Shown: positions 53,130 through 64,000 of the stretch, piece after piece
Layout of the letters: each line of letters opens with the position of its first letter
How positions within the stretch are numbered: the first letter of the stretch is position 1
Origin: Marsupella aquatica
Lineage: Eukaryota > Plantae > Marchantiophyta
NCBI GenBank assembly: GCA_973895155.1
Contig: OZ316895.1
Location: 13,884,225-13,948,224 of the forward strand
DNA length: 64,000 nt
Reading direction: 5' to 3'
Notes under the pieces: model-generated
Databases searched by the model: none
Seen by the model: only the letters and a program-made list of their open reading frames with translations
What the model was told of the DNA's origin: nothing
Position numbers and translations under genes: made by a program

Positions 53130-54060
53130 AAGCTGATAATCCAAGTCAAGCAATTCAAATCCATGGCTTGACCAAGGACTTGGCGGCCTGAACTCTCTGA
53201 CACAGAGGCAACCGTAGTAGTGCCAGTCAAAAATCCCATAACACGCTCTCTTTCATCAGCAGTAGGTTCCACTAACTACTGTAGAGTTGTATCCTAGACA
53301 AGTCCAGGCCCACCTGCTCTGAATGCATATGAAGTAGAATGACTCACAAAAGTAGGTAATGCACAACGTGGGCGACCAACTACATTGACCACTGCCAATG
53401 GAGGTCTGTCAGGCTGGGTCACACCTTGTGCACGACGCCCTGGATCCAAAATATCATCCACCACCAAGGCTGCTGAGCAAGGAATGCTATCAAATGCTCG
53501 CTTCAACACCTCACAAGGTAACAAATTAGTCCACCACAAGCGTGGACGATGTGCACGAGAACCCACATGTGCAGCATTCAATAACACAGCAGGTCCAATC
53601 CAAAACTTAACCTGATGAACGCTGGCAACAAGTCGATGTCGATCATCACCCAATAATGACACATTCTCCAAAATGACGCAACACCCGTAACATCTCCCAA
53701 AACAATGCAGATCTTGGATCATGAAGTCCATGTCCAACTCTAGCTCTAGATTGACCCTGACATGGCCAACCTGCAATCACCAAATCAATGAGGCCAACGC
53801 GATCCAAGTGATCCGCCCCCAACAATGAAATATCAGCTAGCAATGCATGCTGATAACCACGAACGGCATCCACTGGCAACAACTGTGGGTAATGTTTGAC
53901 CAACGTACAATGCCACATGACGTAATGAGACTCTACGTGTTGTCTCATCAGTCTCCACATACAAATAACAACACATAGGAATGTCGGCTTGAAGAACGAC
54001 AGCCAATCTAGTGCTAATTCCACCAAATAAATCCAACAAACAAATATCCTCATGTGGATA
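53130..54060 (-). pseudogene. C5-cytosine DNA methyltransferase domain (DNMT3-like) embedded in Gypsy pol
   Basis: Motifs in canonical order across three frames: I LLDLFGGIS, II YVE, III ADI, IV IAGWPCQGQS, V LHDPRSALF, VI ILENV, VIII AHRPRLWWTNL, IX ERERVMGF, X RQVLGQAM. Confidence 0.9.
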
Positions 54061-54419
54061 TTGCCATGCAATAGGAGTAGTATCCAGTGATGAAAGAGTC
54101 ACTGGTCCATTTGCAGTTGACTGCTCTGCTCTTGATTGCGGTGTAAAAGCATGACGCCATGCATCATGTATCAATCGGGCCGCACTTTGTGGCAAGGCCT
54201 ATCCAGTCCCCCATACTGGTGTCACAACACTATCAATGGGCAATCCATGCATCAAGTGTTCCTCATGTGTCTCCTCCACCATAACAACATATGTTGCATG
54301 TGCGTTACCCTCAATCAAATCATCAGCTCCAGTAATCAAACTACTGAATGCTACCAAAGATAATGGTGCAGATTTGGGGCCTCCAATAGGTCCACTAAAT
54401 TGCACTAGCAATTGGCTCA

Positions 54420-56460
54420 ATCGAGAATCTTCAGATTGCCAATCGGGTCAATACGACACCGATTCATTCCAAAAATCAAGAACAAATCCCATAGGATAGA
54501 GAACTATACATCCCACCAAGACATCATATGACTCAGCCTTAGTCAAAATAGCTCAAGCCTGGATCCGTGAGTTATCCTTTGAATGATCCTCCTGAATCCT
54601 AAGTTCAAGTGCTCGTCGATTGATATGCTGTGTGGGTGTAGGTCCTCCCAATGAAGTCTGAATGAAAAAGGGACACTCCTCCAAATCATCAGGACGCAAT
54701 CCCAATCCTCTTATCGCTGACTTACCCAAAATCAAAGGCTGAGCACCAGTATCCAGTAACACTTGCTCTGGCTGGTATATTGCTCCAGAAGGCCCAACTA
54801 ATCGGAAGATACCACTCCAATTATCCAATGATATGACGCTAGGTTTAAACCTAGTCCTCTCATAAGCAAGGCGCGCTGGTAAATCTATCAACCTTGCCGC
54901 TGTTGCATGCCATGTGTCATTACTGGCAATAGGTGAATTCAACTCCACTGCTTAAAAATTGGGCGTTGCTTCTGCACGCAAAGCAACAGCTGGAGTGTCC
55001 TCGCATAATGTGGCCGCCAATCTGAACACCTCTGCTGGACTAACTCCCAATGTCAACGTATCCGTAGCTGAAAATAATGGTGTGTGCACTATAGTAGTGG
55101 CCGCCCCAACAAGGTACTTGTCATCCCTGTCACAACATCACTTGATTCTGCCAACTTACCCCCACCTGGGTTAGTCCGAATCGGGTTCTTAGAGGTAGTT
55201 TGAACTGCCTCTAACAATGTAAACGACTGAGGGAGCTTTGTTTGACGACGAGCATCCCCTCTTTGAGGATCTAACTCTACTACTGCTCCTTGGGGCTCAA
55301 GGGCTTTTGCTGCTCCTCGAGTCAAAGTTGTTGATGCTTCGACATGGGCAATGCCACACATAAATCCCATGGTGGCAAGATCTCCATCAGCTCCATAAGA
55401 GGTTGAAGCTCCATAGGATGTAGAAGCTCCATCACTAGCAGTAGGTCTAACTTGAGAACTAGCCATTGCCGCTAGTTGTTGCTCCAATTGAGCAATCTTT
55501 GCATCCTTAGGATCTGTGGTAACGGTAGGAGCAACATCACCTCCCTATCTTCCTGCATGTGGCATGCCTCGACCACGTCCACCACCTCAATCTACCTCCT
55601 CTTCCCTGATCATACGCACGTGGTCCTTCCCGTCGTAGTTCATGATGAAGTACAAAACACCTATCTTTGGTGTGTCCAGCAACTCCACAATGATCACATT
55701 GTCGTTATTCAAACGTAGATGCCCCTCCTTGCCCCCTATTATCTGGGCAATATCTTTGTGCATGATCCCCACCACAAGTCCAACATCTTGACTGTTGTCC
55801 AGCATAAGAAGGCACAGGTCTCTGACTAGTAGATTCCCGTATTGTAGGCTTCTCCCTCTAGCTCTTACGTGCAGTACGTTGCGGTGTGGGCGTCGATGCA
55901 ACCTTTGGTGCTTCCTTGGAAAATCCGGAAGTCACCACCTTCTCATTCACCATATTGAGCTCAATGCGCTCAGCAAGTGCAACAACTATAGCCAATGTGG
56001 GATTTGAATCCCTCAATAGAGTGACATCTCTCACTCTACGATGCAACTCCCTATCCAGAATTGCATACCAAAATTGGACCGCTTGGGCCTCTGTCACTCC
56101 TTGTGTGATCGTAATCAACCTTCGCATACGAGTGTATGCCTCACGTAGGCTCTCTCCAGTTTTGCGTTGGAACTCTTGAAGACCCTTCAACTTATCGATT
56201 CTCACACCCTGATAGTTCTGCTTCAATACTTCTAAGAACTTCATCACAGGGTTAAATATTGGTGCAGCTCCACTCCCAGCCACAATCACACCGGTAGGAA
56301 TAGCGGTGGATGTTGATGGAGTGCCACTCTGGCTAGTGCTGCTAGAAGAAGCCGTAGCTATAGCAATTGGTTGGGCAACCGCACTTGTGCCATAAGTGAT
56401 GGACACATAGTTTGGTGACCAATGCTGTCTCCATGCCTCAATATCCACTAAATGAGCCTT
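54420..56460 (-). pseudogene. Gypsy gag (capsid-like region and two CCHC knuckles) plus aspartic protease
   Basis: LQEFQRKTGESLREAYTRMRRL..A.AERIE (gag); CWTCGGDHAQRYC and CDHCGVAGHTKDRC at about 55780-55645; VLLDTGAQ protease motif at about 54750. Confidence 0.88.
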
Positions 56461-56500
56461 TCAAAACTCATGGGTTCCGTGGATACCCATCACTCAATCG

Positions 56501-56941
56501 CGGAACGGTGTTCCGTAATGCACCACCACCAATCTCCAAGATAATTGATGGAACGGTGTTCCGTAAACTGCTTAGTTGTAGGAGAGTGTTCCGCAACCCT
56601 CCATCACCAATAGCCAAGCTAATTGGCGGAACAGTGTTCCGTGAGTTGCCTAGTTGCGGGATAGTGTTCCACAACCAACCCTTGTTCACAACGCAGACGA
56701 GACGTGTGCTGGGGCAGACCAATCTTCAATATGCACCCACAACAGAACAGTGTTCCGTGGAAGACCAATCTTCCCAAAATTGTCACAACAAAATGGTAAT
56801 CTGTACCCGATCATTCTCCAATATGCACTCACGACGGAACAGTGTTCCGAGGAAGACCAATCTTCCCAAAACTACCATGACGGAACGGTGTTCCGCAATC
56901 AACCAATCTCCAATATGCCCTCTCAACGGAACAGTGTTCCG
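56501..56941. repeat. Array of nine palindromic CGGAAC(A/G)GTGTTCCG-type motifs in the Gypsy leader/gag 5' region
   Basis: Copies start at 56501, 56549, 56579, 56627, 56657, 56743, 56835, 56881 and 56927 (spacings 48, 30, 48, 30, 86, 92, 46, 46); those at 56579 and 56657 are degenerate. Confidence 0.85.
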
Positions 56942-57687
56942 TGGAAGACCTTCACAACCTTATTGCTGCGAAAACCCCACCGCAATTCTCGGACAAAGCA
57001 CTGTTCACTAACTTTGTCATTTTCCTTGTGCCCTAGGTCGTCGCCACACCTTGCCTCTCCGCGGTGCGCTACGTCGCTGCAGGCAATGCAATTCGCCAAC
57101 ATTCAACGTCACTTTCTTCGAAGGAATGCACTGTCCGTCAATTCAACATCAAACTTGATGAATCTCAAATCTGCAAAATACAACTTCAACGATCAACTCC
57201 CGATTGGGACCATCCCCGAACCAGAATCACAAACAATCACAAGTCTGATCAACTTGCCTTCACATAACCGCAGCAAATACTCTCAGCAATCCGCGCACAA
57301 TAGTCAATGGCAACTTCCAATCATCGACCGCACACTCAGTCTTCCAAAATGGTGCAATGTCGATCGATGCAAACCGCAACTCCAAATGCGCAACTCAACA
57401 ACTCAAAGCTCCGCATTCACTCAAGCTTTCTCAACACCAACTTGTAACAGATCGAGATACCAGCGATCCGTTCAACAACAAAACCCGATCCGAGATACCA
57501 CGAATCGTCAACAACAAAACCACAACAAAATCAAACTTTTGTTTGTACAATCCGTACATCAGAATTTGAAGCTGATCTTTCAATGTAATCTTCTTCAATA
57601 GTGCAAATCGAACAATGATCGGTGCTAATCCAACAATGATCCCATCCGATGCGATCACACATTTATGTCAAAGCCCAACGCACCTTG

Positions 57688-60600
57688 TGTTAGGAATTGA
57701 CTCCAGTTCCCGACATAGTTAGCTTGGTCTTACTAGGGTTAGTTAACCCTAGATTACATTTGGATAAGATCGGCTTAGTTTAGGCCCACTCATCTTGGCC
57801 CCCTTGGGGGGGTATAGGCTGGAGGGAGAGCACTCTCTCCCTCATTCTTCACATGTACTCTCATTTGCTATGGAGCCTTCAGGAGTTTCTCCACTCGGGG
57901 TGTCTTGTTGGTGTAGCGTCTGATTGAGTGAGTCTCTCTCATGTTTCTGCATTGCTGTCTAGTCCGGAGCTGACGGTTCTTACAAGTGGTATCAGAGCCT
58001 CGTGTTTGTGGTTCGGTGGCCTGGGGAGTGGTGAGAGCGTTTGTTGTGTTGGATTGTGGTGGAAGATTGAATTGTCGTCGACGGTTGCATGATCGTTTCA
58101 CTGGTTGTTTCGCGTTGAAGGTTTCGTGCTTGAATACGGTGACGGTTTCCCGATTGAAACTTCAGCTGGGAGTGTCGGATGTGTCTCTGTTCTTTGAAGT
58201 ACTGTCAAGAGGACAGTCTAGCGATCTCTTATGCGCGTCGGCGGGCACTACGTTTTGGTGAAGCTGTCACTGCTTTTCATCATTGGTGTCCTGAGTAATC
58301 TTGTAGATTGAGGTTGTTGTTTAGAGCTTGATGCTCTAGGTTATGGCTTGTATATGTTTCGACTTAATCTTGTGTGGGGCCGAAAAGTGCGTTGAGGGAC
58401 CGGTGTTGCAATTTATTTTTCTTTTCGTATATTTTTTGTTTGTGCCGCATCGCAACAAAATACGGCGGTGCGGACGGGTTTCTTTGCGTATGTGCGGAGA
58501 GAGGGGTGAAAGAGAGATTTTATTGCCCGGGCACGTTGCCCTATGCGCGCGAGTGAGCGAGGAGGGCTCGAAATACAAAGGACTGAAGGAGGAGCGAAGG
58601 AGAAAGTCGAGCCCCTAGACCGAGGCCCTATGAGGTACTAGAGCAGGGCCTTAGGTCTGTGCAGGTACAATCATACCTGTAAGTACAGTTTTAAAGTGAG
58701 GGGAGGGGGAGTTCAAAGCTCCCTTCTCTTGGGAGCTTTAAGGGGGCCATTGCCCTATGCAGAAGCAATAGGAGGGGAAAGGGGAAGCGAGCATACTCCT
58801 TTCCTTAGGGAGCACTTATTAACATGGGCACGAGGCCCTATGCTTGTACTTTAAGTGAGGAGGGGGAGCATACGAGGCTCCTTTCACTTTGGAGCCTTTA
58901 ATTAAGGCTTGCGTCAGGTGGATGGCCAAGGACACAAAAGGTACTATTGTACCTACACAGTACAGATTTGGGAGGGGGTATGAGGAGGTATTATATATCC
59001 CTGTACTCTGCCAGATTTTTTTTGAAAAGAAATTGAAGGTCGGGAGGACGATTGTAGTCTTTTCGTTCTTAATTTTTTTTGTAAGGGTTTTTACTTGTTT
59101 TCTTTTCTTTTCCTTCCGTGTTTGGATCTTTTCTTTTCCAATCGGACAGGTGTCGGCTCCACGTTCTTTCTGCTGTACATTTTGACTATACTTTGATTCC
59201 CTGAAAAAGATACTTTTCCAGAGAGCTGATTTTTGACTGAAATTTTCAATTTCAGCGGTCGTCGAGGCAGAATTTTTTGGCGACACTTTGCAAGGGGATA
59301 CTCAAGGGAGTTGAGCACGGGCTAGTGAAATTGATTCATGCGTTGCTGTTGCGAAATTTTTTCGGGACCTAAGATACCTGACGGGGGTCAAAACAACCAT
59401 TTTGACCCCCCTCTGGTCCGGGTTGAATAAGTTTTTGCTGAAGAAGTTTTTCGCCGAATTATTTTCAGATCTTGGCAGTGTACCTTGCAGGCTACGCGGC
59501 GGTGCATTCCATTTCCACTTTCGCCAACTTTCAATTTTTGGTGAATTTTTGGGTGGAGGTATTTTGGTTGTGTATTTCTTGTGTGTTTGTGGCAGCATCA
59601 ATGACTTCAAGAAAGCTTGCGGCGCCAAAGTTTGAGATGGAGAAGTTTGACGGGAAGGTTAGCTTCAGCCCCTGGACTCGGAAGGTGACCAATGTGTTGA
59701 TCCAGCAGGGTCTTGAGAAGACCCTCATTGGAGTGAAACCCTTGAATCTAACAGATGAGGAGTGGGAGGACATGTCGGTGCCGGCGTGTAGCACAATTGA
59801 GTTGTTCTTGGCAAACAACATTCTCAAGAACGTGTTGGGGATGGATCGGAATGCCAAGAAGATCTGGGATATGCTTACTCAGCTATACCAGAGTACTTTG
59901 TTGACTACTCGTATTTATCACTTGGAGTGGCTGTTCAGGGTGAAGTTGAAGGATGGTGGCAACATGCGTGATCACCTCAGTCTCTTCAATGAGATTGTGC
60001 ACGAGGTGACCACGGCGGGAGACAAGTTGACCGATGAGTATCTTGCGATGCATTTGTTGATGTTGCTTCCTCAGACCTATTCGACATTGGTGACGGTCAT
60101 CACACATGATAAGTCTACGTTGAAGTTGGATGAGGTGAAGGCTACCATTCTTGCAGAATGGGGCAAGCGACAACTTTCTGGCCGTGACAATGAGTCTGCT
60201 GCCTTAGTGGTTAGAGGCAGATCGACGGAGCGTACTATGGATCAGTCTAGATCTAAATCACATAGTAGATCTAAATCTAAGTCCCGTAGTAAGAAAGTTC
60301 AGTGTTGGCATTGCCATGAGAAGGGCCATACCAAGTGGAATTGTCCTTCTCTATCGAAGCAAAAGCGTCCTGCTTCCAATAGTGCGTCCTCATCGTTAGC
60401 TGGTATTGTGATTGCTGATAATGAGGATGCTGCTGAAGTGCTATGTATTGGTGCTATGAATTCTTTGTATGACAAGAAATGGATGTTGGATTCGGGTTCC
60501 TCTTATCACGTGTGTCCAATGCAATCGTATTTCTCCACTTACCAACCTTGTACCGGTACGGTGGAAATCAGAAATGGTGTCCGATGTGCGATTGTTGGCA

Positions 60601-63600
60601 TGGGGACTATCAAATTCCGGATGTTTGATGGTGTTGTGCGAGCATTGACGGGAGTCAGGCACATACCAGACATCTCTAAGAACTTGATTTCTCTTCGTGC
60701 TTTGGAAGCTGGTGGATCTCATTTTACTACACATGATGGTGCGCTCTTTGTTGTCAAAGATGATGTATCTTTGATTAAGGCGCTACGGCAGAATAATTTG
60801 TACATCTTGGAAGGAGATGTCATTGCTCCTAGAGTGGAGCATGTACGTGGATTCTGTGGTGGAACGTTTGGATGCCACGACAACATCTGCCGCAAAATCA
60901 TCTTCGGTTGCTTCAATTGAAGCACCCTCAATATCTGGTCGCACACAAGCCATAGATTTGTGGCATGCACGGTTGGGGCACTTGAGTGGTAAAGGATTGG
61001 CAGCCTTGGCAAACAGAGCTTTGTTGCAAGGCGCTCAATCTGGTAAAATCTCTTTCTGTGAAGATTGCATCTTCGGCAAGCAGAGGAGAGTGAGTTTCAG
61101 TTCTAGTTCATACCATTCTCATGAGATTCTAGAGTATGTACATTTAGATGTTTGGGGTCCAGCGCTGGAGCCGTCATTGGGTGGAGCCAGATATTTTGTG
61201 ACGTTTGTAGATGATTACTCTCGAATGTGTTGGCTGTACTACATGAAAGAGAAGTCTCAAGTCTTTGAGATCTTCAAGGAGTGGAAAACCATGGTAGAGC
61301 TACAAACTGGGAAGGAGTTGAAGTGTGTTCGGTCTGATAACGGTGGCGAGTATAAGTCCAATGAGTGTGATCAATTTGGTCGGGACCTTGGCCTCAAGCG
61401 TCATTACACTGTACCGGAGACCCCGTAGCAGAATGGAGTTGTAGAACAGTTGAATTGGACATTACTGGAGAAAGCACGCAGCATGCTATGTAAGTCCAAG
61501 TTGCCCAACAACTTTTGGGCTGAAGTTGTCAACCAAGCTGCATACGTCTACAATCTGTCACCGCATAGTAGTAAGTTGATGCAGACTCCATTTGAGTTGT
61601 GGTATAAGAGACCTGCTGATTACTCTAGACTTTGAGTTTTTGGTTGTGCTGCCTATGTTCACATTGAGCAGATACACAGGTCTAAGTTGGATCCCAAGTC
61701 TAAGAAATGTATTTTTCTAGGCTTTAGTCCTGGGCAGAAGGGCTATAAATTGTGGGATCCTGTCGATTGCAAGGCAGTTGTGAGCATAAATGTTGTTTTT
61801 GACGAAGAGTGGTTGTCAAGACCCCGGGATATTCAGGAGGAACAGGTGGAGGAACCCACTACGGTGGAGCTTGGTGGTGATGAGGAAGCTGCTGGTCCCT
61901 CTGGTAGAGGAGAAATTCCTCAACCAAGGCGCTCCACCAGGGCCAATTTTGGCCAACCCCCTGATAGATTTGGTTTTGCAGATCCTCGTGTTCACGTTGT
62001 TGAACATGACGTTGATCCCGATGTTGTTTTGCTTACTGAAGATGGAGACCCCTCTAGCTATGAAGAAGCTATGGCCTCTCCAGAGAAGGATAAGTGGTTG
62101 GAGGCGATGTTAAAGGAGATGAATTCTTTGAAGAAGAATTCAACTTGGCGCTTAACTGACATGTCTCGCGGAAAAACACTGGTTCCGTGTAGATGGTTGT
62201 ACAAGAGGAAGTAGGATGGCACTTACAAGGCACGCCTTGTGGCCAAAGGGTACACCCAAAAGGAGGGCTTGGACTACACGGAGATTTTCTCACCAGTTGT
62301 CAAACTCGCCACTATTCGTGTTTTACTTGCGATTGTGGCATTCTATGATCTTGAGTTAGATCAAATGGATGTAATTACTGCTTTCCTGCATGGATTGCTT
62401 GATGTAGAGATTTATATGACTCAGCCTCCAGGTTTTATTGACGAGAAGACCAGACACTTGGTGTGTAAGCTCTTGCGATCGTTATACGGATTGAAGCAAA
62501 GTCCCAGATAATGGAATAAGCATTTTGATTCCTTCATGTTATCTCAGTGGTTCACACGAAGTGAACATGATTGTTGTATTTACATGAAGGAGATGGAGAA
62601 TTACTCACGTTTTGGTTACATTGTGCTGGCATTGTACGTGGATGACATGCTTATCCTGGCTGAGAATAAGTCTGATGTTGCCCATCTGAAAGCAATGCTG
62701 AGTAAGGAGTTTTCAATGAAGGACTTGGGTTAGGCCAAGAAGATACTAGGGATGGAGATTCTTCGTGACAGGGAGCAAAGGCAATTATGGTTGTCTCAAA
62801 GGCAGTATTTGGAGAAGGTACTTGCCAAGTATGGAATGGAGAATGCAAAACCAGTTGGTACTCCATTGGCCTCCCACTTTAAACTCTCAAAGGATGATTG
62901 CCCTTCTAGTGAGAGTGATAGACTGGCGATGAAACATGTTCCCTATGACAGTGTTGTGGGTAGTTTTATGTATGCAATGACATGCACTAGACTTGACATT
63001 GCCCACGCTGTTAGCATTTTGAGCAGATTTATGGCAAATCCTGGTAAGCTTCACTGGGAAGCAGTGAAGTGGGTTTTGCGGTATCTGAAAGGTACCTTAG
63101 ATTGTGGGATCTTATTTGACGGTAAAGCAGACTCTACATTAGAGTTGGAAGGTTTTGTAGATTCAGATTATGCTGGTAACTTGGATAACAGGAAGTCTAC
63201 TACAGGCTATGTGTTTATGCTGGGTGGAGGTTGTATTAGCTGGAAGTCGGCAACTCAATCTTGTGTTGCGTTGTCTACTACTGAGGCTGAGTACATGGCT
63301 GCATGTGAGGCAACCAAGGAGCTGATCTGGCTAAGGAGATTGGTGAGTGATCTGGGTCTTTCACCTGAAAGACCGGTGCTACTGTGCGACAGTCAAAGTG
63401 CTTTGCATCTGGCTAAGAACCCTGTGTTCCATGCCAAGACAAAGCACATTGATATTCGTTATCACTTCATCCGTGAGGTGATTGAGACGAAGCAGATGTT
63501 TCTGGAGAAGGTGGCTTCAGAGGAGAATGCGGCAGACATGCTTACCAAAGTTTTACCTACCAGTAGCTTTAGTCATTGTGTGGATATTATTAATGTTAGG

Positions 63601-63984
63601 GCCAAACCGGAGACTATGTAAATATGTTACTTAGTTGCATATTGTATATCACCTGACTCATTGTGTGAACTTGAGTCAAGGTGGAGATTGTTAGGAATTG
63701 ACTCCAGTTCTCGACATAATTAGCTTGGTCTTAGTAGGGTTAGTTAACCCTAGATTACATTTGGATAAGATCCGCTTAGTTTAGGCACACTCATCTTGGC
63801 CCCCTTGGGGGGTAAAGGCTGGAGGGAGAGCACTCTCTCCCTCATTCTTCACATGTACTCTCATTTGCTATGGAGCCTTCAGGAGTTTTTCCACTCGGGG
63901 TGTCTTGCCGGTGTAGCGTCTGATTGAGTGAGTCTCTCTCATGTTTCCGCATTGCTGTCTAGTCCGGAGCTGACGGTTCTTACA
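57688..63984 (+). mobile_element. Full-length Ty1/Copia LTR retrotransposon (Tnt1/Tork-like), inserted in the Gypsy 5' repeat
   Basis: LTRs 57688-57984 and 63689-63984 (TG..CA; 10 substitutions and 1 indel by my count); CCTTG TSD at 57683-57687 and 63985-63989; PBS TGGTATCAGAGC (tRNA-iMet) at 57987; PPT AAGGTGGAGAT at 63678. Confidence 0.97.
59601..63621 (+). pseudogene. Copia gag-pol, disrupted
   Basis: KFEMEKFDGK, CWHCHEKGHTKWNC, WMLDSGSSYH, LWHARLGH, HLDVWGP, RSDNGGEY, ARLVAKGYTQKEGLDY.EIFSPV, LYVDDML, GFVDSDYAG, KHIDIRYHFIRE; frameshift near 60850 and stops at about 61426, 61633, 62212, 62509 and 62731. Confidence 0.96.
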
Positions 63985-64000
63985 CCTTGTGCTTCAAGGA

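Larger units (their letters stand above)
49031..64000 (-). mobile_element. Ty3/Gypsy LTR retrotransposon with DNMT3-like methyltransferase and PHD finger; decayed; 5' end beyond the window; contains a nested Copia
   Basis: Domain order gag-CCHC x2-PR-DNMT-RT-RH-IN-PHD; PPT CTAAGGGGGCGAT (minus strand, 49648-49636); terminal repeats A 49031-49166, B 49168-49497, A' 49500-49635, and a 5' B copy at 57584-57687 resuming at 63990. Confidence 0.93.

Noticed and set aside
53130-54060. Host DNMT3/DRM gene or bacterial restriction-modification methylase contamination
   Set aside because: Intronless, collinear with PR and RT, decayed like the rest of pol, no partner nuclease, and flanked by plant TEs.
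56501-56941. CRISPR-like array of palindromic repeats with spacers
   Set aside because: Eukaryotic TE context, 15-bp repeat, irregular spacing, spacers related to one another (ACCAATCT..) and no cas genes.
56654-57601. 315-aa antisense ORF in the Gypsy leader
   Set aside because: No recognisable domain; the plus strand is A/C-rich and T-poor, so stops are rare; non-ATG start.
58615-59010. Purine-rich segment in the long Copia leader as a separate insertion
   Set aside because: No clear TIR or TSD; cannot be separated from the native leader without other copies.

Overview
Eukaryotic nuclear DNA from a land plant, most likely a bryophyte or other non-seed plant (inferred from gene and TE content and a plastid ndhB fragment). 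The first ~24 kb holds three intron-containing genes: a CMP-sialic acid/nucleotide-sugar transporter (minus strand, runs off the left edge), a divergent AUX1/LAX auxin-influx-carrier homologue (plus strand) and plastid ketol-acid reductoisomerase (minus strand). The remaining 40 kb is a nested transposon field. (i) A PIF/Harbinger element (24775-35970, TTA TSD) has a third, unexplained ORF; an L1-type LINE interrupts that ORF and a solo LTR interrupts the LINE. (ii) Two ~1.47-kb inverted repeats bracket a CRE-clade RT remnant. (iii) A plastid ndhB NUPT. (iv) A Mutator-like element is interrupted by a Ty3/Gypsy element, itself interrupted by a full-length Tnt1/Tork-like Copia. The standout is the Gypsy element (49031 to beyond 64000, minus strand). 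It carries a DNMT3-like C5-cytosine methyltransferase between protease and RT, a PHD finger on the integrase C-terminus, a Tf1-like self-priming signature instead of a tRNA PBS, and a palindromic repeat array in its leader. Its ends look like split direct repeats (B-internal-A-B-A) meeting at an internal CA-GC-TG junction, although it encodes a DDE integrase. All calls are by eye from the sequence and the ORF track; no searches were run.
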